Positions 54,624-64,000 of a DNA stretch of 64,000 nucleotides are shown one piece after another. Origin of the DNA: Octopus sinensis (Eukaryota); contig NC_043000.1 in assembly GCF_006345805.1 (NCBI RefSeq), forward strand, positions 128,836,001 through 128,900,000. The letters are read 5' to 3'. Each line of letters opens with the position of its first letter. Position 1 is the stretch's first letter. The notes under the pieces are model-generated. The model worked only from the letters and a program-made list of their open reading frames with translations. It did no database searches and had not been told where the DNA came from. Position numbers and translations under genes: made by a program.

Positions 54624-55010
54624 AGTGGCTGTGTGTAAAGTACCTTGCTTACCAGTCACATGGTTCCGGGTTCAGTCCCACTGCGTGGCACCTTGGGCAA
54701 GTGTCTTCTACTATAGCCTCGGGCCGACCAAAGTCTTGTGAGTGGATTTGGTAGACGGAAACTGAAAGAAGCCCGTCGTATATATGTTTATATGTATGTG
54801 TGTGCGTGTATATGTTTGTGTGTCTGTGTTCGTCACCCCCACCCCGCCACATCGCTTGACAACCGATGCTGGTGTGTTTACGTCTCCGTAACTTAGCGGT
54901 TCGGCAAACGAGACCGATAGAATAAGTACTAGGCTTACAAAGAATAAGTCCTGGAGTCGATTTGCTTGACTAAGGGCGGTGCTCCAGCATGGTCACAGTC
55001 AAATGACTGG
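54624..55010 (+). mobile_element. SINE family A, full length
   Basis: Best-preserved copy: head, internal TA/TG tract, body. Confidence 0.93.
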
Positions 55011-55370
55011 CATGCACGACACCCTGGGGCAAGTGTCTTCTACTGTTACCTCGAGACAACCTCGAGCCTTGTGAATGGATTTGGATAGACTGAAAATGCA
55101 AGAAGCCTGTTGTATATTTATAAGTGTGTGTGTGTGTGTGTGTGTGTGCGCGTGCGTGTTTGTATGCGTGCACGCGCACCTGTATGTTTCTGTGTGTGCG
55201 TGCGTGTCGTGTGTATGTATGTGTCTGTTTGTGTTTGTCATTCCCTCCTCACCGCTTGACAATCAGTGTTGGTGTATTTACGTCTCTGTAACTTAGCGGT
55301 TCGGCAAATGAGATCGATTCACGCGACAAAATTCTTCAAGGCAATGACTAAAACAAGTAAAAGATAATAC
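55010..55370 (+). mobile_element. SINE family A, diverged tandem copy
   Basis: Partial head, (TG)n, body with internal deletion. Confidence 0.8.
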
Positions 55371-55396
55371 ATACACATGCATACACACACACGTAC

Positions 55397-55445
<49 letters not shown>

Positions 55446-55637
55446 GCACATTTTACACCAGTAATTGCGCCGAGCAGTGTTTATGGATAAGCTAATTTCA
55501 GTTAGTTAAAACATGTTTGTGATAAATTTAAGCTTCTAAAGGCAAATTCACTGCAGTTATTTTGAAGAAAAAATATTCTCTCTTATTGTAAAAAGGTGTA
55601 AAGACGCCATATCAGCTCAGTGCTGCCCCCTGATGAA

Positions 55638-55680
55638 TTCCCAGACGCGTTTCTAGCTCTTTTGCCTTTATCAATGGGAA
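55638..55680 (-). ncRNA. Type I hammerhead motif, U3-A8 core variant
   Basis: UUCCCA-UUGAUAA-aGGC aaaaga GCUa-GAAA-CGCG-UC-UGGGAA: perfect 6-bp helix I, palindromic ACGCGU, GUC site; closing pair of helix II mismatched in this copy. Confidence 0.7.
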
Positions 55681-55955
55681 ATACCGAAGAGAGGTAACTC
55701 TGGACAGACTTAATTAAAGCCGTAGCTTTAACTAAAACACAGTCAACAACAGTGACTGAGTTGCGTCATTGGACCGCCAAGTCAGAAAAAAAATTACAGC
55801 AGTATTAGCGCCAAGTAGTGTTTAGGCATAAACGAAATTTAGGTTAGTTAAAATATGATTGTGACATATTTCAACCACAAAATTTTTTTCAGTCAATATT
55901 GCTGACTATATTTTAGTTAAAGCTATGACTTTAATTAAGTTTGTCCCAAACTGCT

Positions 55956-55999
55956 TTCCCTTTGATAATGGCTAAAGACCTAGAAACGTGTCATAGGGC
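55956..55999 (+). ncRNA. Degenerate copy of the U3-A8 hammerhead
   Basis: UUCCCU-UUGAUAA-UGGC uaaaga CCUA-GAAA-CGUG-UC; the helix I 3' strand is lost, apparently by deletion. Confidence 0.5.
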
Positions 56000-56140
56000 A
56001 GCATTAGACAGATGTGTTTTTTTTACACGTTTTTACCCTGAGAGAAAAAGTATTTTTTCTCCACGGTAACTGCAGTGAATTTACTTTTTGGCAGTTGAAA
56101 TACGTTACAAACATATTTTAACAAACCTAATATATGTATA

Positions 56141-56210
<70 letters not shown>

Positions 56211-57149
56211 GCATGTGTATGTATTATCTTTTACTTGTTTCAGTCATTACACTGCGTCTGATTAAGATTCAGTTGAATTAGATACTTAAATTGAGGCACC
56301 AAGCCAGTTCGGTATAGTCCAGGTATCAATGCATTACGGCCGTTTCAAGCGACTCCATTAATCGATCGTTGAAAACATTACATCAATTTGAAAGAAACCG
56401 CACTCCTCAGATGCAGACGACCATATAGATTTCCAGTGCTAAAAAAATGCTTTATTTCGGAGTTATAGAAGTATACATATGCCTGGGGTACCACGCCACA
56501 CTTGTTGCAGAGCACGGTTCTTAACCGCACACTTTTTAACACACACCACACACACACACACGCACACACAATGCCGTTTCTCACTCTCCCTCCCAAATAC
56601 ACACACATGCATTCAAGCACAATCATGCACATATGGACATATCATATACATTCACACATTCTCCAATAAACACATTTACAAGTACACATTCGTAAACACT
56701 TATATACACCTGCAACATCTCCACCCCTTCAACACAAATGCACAAGCACAGAAGTGCACGCATTCATTCTCAGCTTGTCTTTAATCATTCCAATATCGAT
56801 AAGTGAGGTATCAGTCAAATATTGCGATCGATTCCCCCTTCTCTCCCTGTTTCTGCTGTCTGTCCGTCGTCTGTCCATCCGTCTGCCTATCTGTCTGTCT
56901 CTCCTCTCTCTTTCCCCCTCTCTCTCTATCACTCTGTCTGTCTCTCTCTTTCTCTTACTCTCTCTCTCTCCCTCTCTCTCCAATAAACGATTACTTTATA
57001 TTGGAGGGTCATGAAGGGAAATGGACATGGAGTTGAAGTAGGGCCCAGCAATATCTTCTCATGTAAGGTACTATAAAATAGCCACCTAAAGAAACCAGTG
57101 AAAATGATCCACTTTCTCAGTTTTAACATCGTTTCTATACCTGGAATCC

Positions 57150-57515
57150 GGAGGCGCAATGGCCCAGTGGTTAGGGCAGCGGACTCGCGGTCATAGGATC
57201 GCGGTTTCGATTCCCAGACCGGGCGTTGTGAGTGTTTATTGAGTGAAAACACCTAAAGCTCCACGAGGCTCCGGCAGGGGATGGTGGTGATCCCTGCTGT
57301 ACTCTTTCACCACAACTTTCTCTCACTCTTACTTCCTGTTTCTGTTGTACCTGTATTTCAAAGGGCCGTGTCACGCTGAATATCCCCGAGAACTACGTTA
57401 AGGGTACACGTGTCTGTGGAGTGCTCAGCCACTTACACGTTAATTTCACGAGCAGGCTGTTCCGTTGATTCGGATCAACCGGAACCCTCGTCGTCGTAAC
57501 CGACGGAGTGCTTCC
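57150..57515 (+). mobile_element. tRNA-derived SINE, family C, full length with 11-bp TSD
   Basis: A box TGGCCCAGTGG, B box GGTTTCGATTCC, family tail; acctggaatcc at 57139-57149 and 57516-57526. Confidence 0.95.
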
Positions 57516-59129
57516 ACCTGGAATCCATTCTTATTGACACCTCTTTGAGATTGGACTGGGTATTTTTTCGTGGCTCCGCACAAGTTTGCCTCGCCTTCTA
57601 ACTTGCAAAACCAAAAGAACTTCTCGACAGAGGAAGGACTGATGATAGGCTGGACCCTTTATGCGAGGTTTTGAGAAGAGAATGTGTGTGTGTTTGTGAG
57701 TATTTGTGTTTGTTTGTGTGTGTGTGTGCAGAACAAAGGAATGGAGAATTATGCATTATTTAACCAGCTTACATACGTTTCGGATAGATTGGCAAATTAC
57801 AAAATTATGAATGTTCAGTAACAACAGGCTAATATATTTTCTATTGTACTGTTGTTTGCGCCTGGATTACTCTACCACATTCAAGGGATCGAAGTATCCT
57901 CTAGCAGTTTCTTCCTACTTAGAAAAGCACACTCAGAGTAGACTAATTCAGCCACGTTATGCAACTCTTCCATGTCTACTCTCGATTTCTTTCAAAAGTG
58001 GTACTCAAAGTAAACGAAAATTTGGTCTGAAAGGGAAAATGTTTACCTTCAAATCTTTCAAACGAATTTACCATGCATCTTTCATTGGAACCACTTTACA
58101 GAAAAAGACTAGTCACCCTGCGTGCATTTCGATTATTCATACTTCCGTGTCTTTAGAGAGAGCATCAAACAAGCAGTGCCCTTCTTCCATTATAACACTG
58201 CTTTGCCAAGGACTTGCCAAATCGTCTATAGTCTCCTGATTCCTAACATAAGCACAAATTCACAAATTTGGTGAAGACATGTAATCGTTTTAAGGTTGCG
58301 AATTCGCAGAATGGATAGAAGATCGGATAGAATATGTTGCGCTGTTTGTTTCAGCTCACTGCAATCTTTTATTCTTTGGTTGTTTACAGATAAATGTAGC
58401 AATCCTGGTACCTTTATCTATACATGGAATTCTTAGAGTGTTGGACATGACGCCTGACGGTATCTATTCCGGCTCTTTGCTTTCTGACGGTTTGGTGCTT
58501 AACTTTATCAAGATCATGCTTTTCTCTAAGACATCATTGGTGGCGTTGCTATTGTTGTTGGTGGTGTTGTTTATGGTATCGGTGCGAGTGCTAGTGGTGT
58601 TGTTGGTGGTGTTATTGACATCTGTGATATTTCTGATAATGCTGATGGTGTTGCTAACAGAGTTGATCGTATGGACAGCGGTGTTCTTGTTGGTGCTGGT
58701 GATGCTGTTGGTGTCTTTGGTGCTGCTAGTGTTGATGGTGCTGTTTCTGTTGGTATTGAAGGTCTTGGTGGTAGTGTTGGTGGTGTAGGTCGTGGTGCCG
58801 AGAGTCTTAGCGGTCGTGGTAGTGTTTGTTTTGTTGGTGGTGTTGATGGTGTCGTTGTTAGTATTGATAATGCTTGTGGTGATGATCCTGATGATGCTGA
58901 TGGTGATGATAGTGTTGATGGTGAAAGAAGTGGCGCTGATAATGTTGGTGGTGGCGTTGATAATGCTGTTGATGGTGGTGTTGGTGTTGGTGTTGGTATT
59001 GTATAAGAAACTGCTGGTCTTCCATAAATTAAAGAAAAAAATTCCTGCATGTGCTGGAGTAAGAGTCTCCCAGTTCAGATCACTGGCCTCACATGACGAC
59101 ACACAACCACTTATATGGACCACAGTTCA

Positions 59130-59220
59130 TAACTGGTACTTTATTTCATCAATCCAGGAACGATAAACGGTAAAGTTGATCTTGGTGGGATTTGAACTCA
59201 GAACCGGAAGAAGTATAACA
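59130..59220 (-). mobile_element. SINE family B fragment
   Basis: 'ctggtactttatttcatc...aaagttgatcttggtgggatttgaactcagaac'. Confidence 0.7.
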
Positions 59221-59239
59221 AGATATTGTATTGTAGTTT

Positions 59240-59470
59240 GACATTAATTATATCCGGTGGATTGGCAAAATCGTTAGAACATCAGGCAAAATGCCTTGCG
59301 GTAATTAATTATAGTGTTTCACATTCTGAATAGAAACTCCTCCGAGGTCAACCTTGCCTTTCATCTTTTTGAGATCGATAAAATAAAGTACCAGTCAAGT
59401 ACCGGGGTCGATATAATCGACTGATCCCCTTCCCCAAATTTCAGGCCTAGTGCCTATGTTTGAATCAATT
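59240..59470 (+). mobile_element. SINE family B
   Basis: 'gaggtcaaccttgcctttcatc...gtaccagtcaagtaccggggtcgat...ggcctagtgcct'. Confidence 0.85.
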
Positions 59471-60387
59471 ATATACGATGCACTAATGACTATGTCATTC
59501 ATTAAATGCTGTTAGTATTGTGACGGGAAGCGAAGGCGTGCAGGGGCGGGATTGAGAATCATCATCAATGAATAGTTGCTTGTTGTGGATAGTGGCTATG
59601 GCGGAGATGGAAGAAGGGCAAGAGAAAGACAGCGTGTGCGTGCGTGCGTGCGTGTGTGCGTGCGTGCGTGTGTGCGCGCGTGTGTGTGTGTGTGTGTAAG
59701 CGTATGTGAGAGAGGGGTGGAGAGGGGCAGGAGTGAGAGATGAGGAGAAAATCAAAGAGAAAAAGAAATATTGATGATGGAGGAGAAACAAGAAGTATAT
59801 GATAGTGGTGATGGCGGTGGTGCTGGTTGTGATGGCGGTGGTGGTGGTTGTGGTGGTGGAGTTCCCGGTGGTGATTGCGGCAACTGTGTTGATGCTGTTG
59901 GTGGTATTGACGTTGATGTAGGTGGTGTTGGTGTTGATAGTGTTGCTGATGGTGCATGTGGGTGGTGGTGATGTCAGTGTTAATGCTTTTGGTGTTGCTG
60001 TATGTAAACTTGTTTGATAGTATTATTGTTGACGATGGTGTTCGGGGTGTTTGTTTGCAGAATTCCCATTGTTCTTGTTGATAATTAAGCGATGCCGTCG
60101 GTGCTTTCTTTATGTGTTACTGGGAGATGGTGTTATTGCTGTTGGCGCCACAGATGGTGGTGTTGATGCTGTTGTTGATCGTATTGCTAGTGTTGGTGAT
60201 GACGGTGTTGGCAGTGTTGTTTGTTTGTTGTTGATGTTGCTGTTGATGTTCTTGGTGGTGGCAACACTATTGAAGGTTATTGTGTTGGTGTTAGCTGGCA
60301 AGGGTTGCAGAATTCGACTGGGGGGGTGGAGGGGGTGCCGGACATTTATAGTAATTGTGGTGGTGGTGGTGATACTTATAGTAACAG

Positions 60388-60921
<534 letters not shown>

Positions 60922-61631
60922 GACAAATGCGGCAGATCTTATGAGGGAGTATTCTGTGTATGAGGGGTTAGGGTAGTAGCGGCAATAGTGATAGTGGTGG
61001 GGTAGAGGGAGGGAGCGTGCAGCATCGGATTTGATGAATGGAAGGATACAGAGAGAGAAAAAAAGAAAGGGAAAAAAATCATGAATGGAGCGAAAAAGAA
61101 GAGATCGTGGGTTCTGATAGGTTAAAGTGTGAACGGATGGCAAGCTGTCAGATCCTCCAACCCACCATTGCCAGTCACCAGCCCCACCAGAACCGTGCTG
61201 CTTCTTTACACCTTACCCTCCTCATCATCCTCCTATCTAACCCTAAACCCCGTACTCCCCACCCTTGGAGAGCTAGGCTGAATATACTGAAGATGTTTTA
61301 ATGAAGAGGGGCAATTTTTTTCTTTTACGTGAGTGAGCAAAGCCAAGTATGAAGGAGAAAAGGGAATGAAGAGAGAGAGAGAGGAAGAGAGAGAGAGGGG
61401 GGAGAAAGCGAGAGAGAGAAACACAGTGTGTGTGGAGGGGATGTGAAGGGAACGATGAGGAACTGGGAGAAGGAGTAGGAAAGGGGAAATAGGAAGAACG
61501 AAAGAAATATTGAGTGGGAGTAAGGTGATGGCAGAAATGGAGACTATGGTGATGAAATTATTGGTGGAAACGAACAAACGTCTGCGTGTTTCAAATTTGA
61601 AGCTGTTGTAATTGCTGTTGCTGTTGTTGTT

Positions 61632-61662
<31 letters not shown>

Positions 61663-62629
61663 GTGGTGGTGGTGTATAGCCCCCCCCCAATTCAGTCTTG
61701 TTTGAGTTGACCTATAATCAAAAGACATTCTTTCTTACGATTCTATCCACGATGTGTTCTTTGTCATTTTTTAAAGACAATACGTTATGATTCGAGAAAA
61801 ATTTAACAGCTACTTCTGGTTGGTCAACTGACGACATAAATAGGAGATAAAATTATCTCCCCTTTTCTTTGTGAGTCACTAACAATTACCTCTAAATTTT
61901 TGTGCTCCTTCCTTTACTAGAAAGGAAACTTTCTAGTTTCTTGCATAGACCATTCAGCATGTCAGCTTCTTAACATATTGATCTAAAGTATTGTCATTGG
62001 TCTACTTCAATTATTTCCTTTAGCTCATTATTAGCTCATTTTGTTTTTTATAAATTTATCTAGGGCTACATTAGAATGTAGCCCTAGAATGTGCCCTGCC
62101 TTATATAAGACGGTATGGTGTGATTTGGGGGAGATTTAGTTGCTATTTCTCGCTGAGATAGGGAAGCTAAATAAAAGAGTAATGAAGTTAAAATCTGTTT
62201 GGAAGCAAAAAAGCTTTTACATCACTTTCTGGGACGTTAAGCGACAAAGAGTAAAAATCTTACCACTGGACCAGACTCCAGTCAGTCGCAAGGTTAACCT
62301 TCCCATCCGGTCGAGGAATCGTGTTCACAAGGTTATGATCATGAGTTCAGCATCTTAACCACCTGATATTATAGGTTCATACCTAGGGGCAATTTTATAT
62401 CAGTTTCCAGGAGAATAGAGAGCATTAGCCCAACTAACCATACACACCTAGCGAGATTTTAATCCAGAATGAAGAAAGTAACTAAATACTTCAACACCAC
62501 CGATTTTTATTTCAGCTGTTCCAAAAAATAGATGGAGAAAATACGAAGGATTACTTTGGTATAATGGTAGAACATTTGTCATGTTTACAGATGTTCTACC
62601 ATTATACTTTTTTTGTCCACGGATTTTTT

Positions 62630-63015
62630 AACCCAATATTCTACTCGCTATCATTATAGCCCCTCCCCGTCTCTCTGGCCAGGTAACCGTGTACCTCCTC
62701 TGTAGCAAGACACCTATTTCTACCTCTCTGTTATACTCTAACCTTTCATCATCTGACACAAGATCACCTTCTCCAATGTTCCCTCCCCCTCTCAAAAATT
62801 CCTTGTCTTCCAAGTTACTTGGTGATCCTGCCGGTGTTGGTGGTATGTAAAAAAAACATCCAGTCCATACTGTGAAGTGGTTGGCATTTGAAAGGGCATC
62901 TAATTGTAAAAACCATGCCAAAACAGACAGTAGCCTGGTGTAGTCTTCTACCTGGCCAGCTCCTGTCCAACCGCCCAACCCATGCCAGCATGGAAAGCGG
63001 ACGTTAAACGATAAT
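62630..63015 (+). mobile_element. Unclassified interspersed repeat 3' part with (GAT)-type tail
   Basis: Ends 'aacccatgccagcatggaaagcggacgttaaacgataatgat'; recalled as a common octopus repeat end, single copy in this window. Confidence 0.5.
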
Positions 63016-64000
63016 GATATCTGTGTGTGTGTGTGTACATACAAATATATATACATATTTACATAGTTACACACACACAAACACTCTCACACACACAAAT
63101 ACACATACATGACATGAAACTGAAGCAATTTATGTTAATAATAATGTAAGCTCTGTGCATAAAATTTGTCCTACAAAGGAAGTCCAATGGTCAAAAGATA
63201 TTATACCCAAAGTTAGAAAAGTTCTGAGACGAAGAACAAAGCTCATAAATCGTTTAAATGTACACCAAACTATGGACAGTGATGCATCTCACTTAAAAGT
63301 ATGCGTTCAGAAATCGAGAAAAATATTTTCAACATCGCAAAGGAAGAACTCAGAACAGGAATCCAAGGGTGTAGAAATTATAGGTTTAAAGACTCTAACT
63401 TTTGCTATAAATTCATAAAAGAATCGATTTTAGAGCCTCTAAAGGATCAAGTGAAATACTGAATGAACGAATCAAAAACGTTTGCATAGCCCCGATGCGA
63501 CACAGATAAATAAAGTAGAAAAACTCTACAACACTCAATACGAGGAAGTGGCAACCATCAGTTACATCGATATAAAGGAAGTTATAATATGAGAAATATA
63601 ATATCAGAAATTAAATGACCTGATATTAGTGAGAAGGTTTGAAGGGTTCCCAAATAATTCTATTGAAACATGTAAAAAGGGCCTAGCAAAACCAGTTAGA
63701 ATACTTTGCATGTATAAAGAATTTCAAAGAAATGTTCTATGCACGAGGGAAGAAGTAGAGAAGGATGCAATACACGCATACGCACGCGCACTTTGTATAT
63801 ACAAAAATACACGCACACTCTATGTTGTAATATATACGTATGCTCGACAAATACTATTTGTGTGTCTGATGAAATGTTGCATAGAGGTTCTGAGATATTG
63901 CATTAATGAAATGCACGTTGGAATGACTCTGTTGAAATATCAATGATGTTCTCCTGTTGTTTTTCTTGTGTGTGTTTGTGTGTGTGTGAGTGTGTGTGTC

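Larger units (their letters stand above)
55452..56128. mobile_element. Second non-autonomous hammerhead-bearing element: ~343-nt unit plus inverted partial copy (older)
   Basis: Direct repeat 55452-55532 / 55793-55875; inverted arms ~55544-55758 / 55889-56082 continuing to 56128; about 75-85% identity by eye. Confidence 0.75.

Noticed and set aside
55630-55636. Plus-strand CTGATGA next to the minus-strand hammerhead
   Set aside because: No downstream helix II-GAAA on that strand; treated as coincidence.
56320-56370. Minus-strand GAAACGGCCGUA, resembling a hammerhead 3' half
   Set aside because: No NUGANNA core or helix I partner at a suitable distance.
58390-59123. Mucin-like T/P-rich and hydrophobic ORFs, and a possible terminal exon DKCSNPGTFIYTWNS*
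   Set aside because: Decayed triplet repeat open in most frames; the short exon has only an acceptor as support.
63135-63750. Possible decayed hAT-like transposase (CKLC..., ILEPLKDQVK..NESKTFA)
   Set aside because: Multiple stops, no clear catalytic motif or TIR; similarity too weak to call.

Overview
Eukaryotic, AT-rich, repeat-saturated DNA with a 100-N scaffold gap at 33631-33730. The SINE families, microsatellite load and LINE/Penelope/Helitron mix point to a coleoid cephalopod, most likely Octopus (inference from recognised repeat types, not a database hit). No host gene can be named: there are only a few unconfirmed candidate exons, and nearly all long ORFs in the supplied track come from microsatellites or decayed transposons. 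Identifiable content: RTE-clade LINE fragments, a stack of restriction-like-endonuclease (R4/Dong-like) LINE 3' ends in (TAA)n, one Tx1/L1-like LINE, Helitron fragments, three SINE families, and a decayed Penelope-like element (PLE; RT thumb + GIY-YIG). The main discovery is six unrelated loci carrying type I hammerhead ribozyme (HHR) motifs, found by hand-folding. Four loci are inverted pairs with both 3' ends facing outward. Two of these are built from a ~350-nt unit with a terminal direct repeat (retrozyme-like); the other two enclose apparently locally copied DNA. Across the loci the catalytic 3-8 base pair occurs as C-G, U-A and A-U, i.e. it covaries. All coordinates, identities and folds were derived by eye and need computational and biochemical confirmation.
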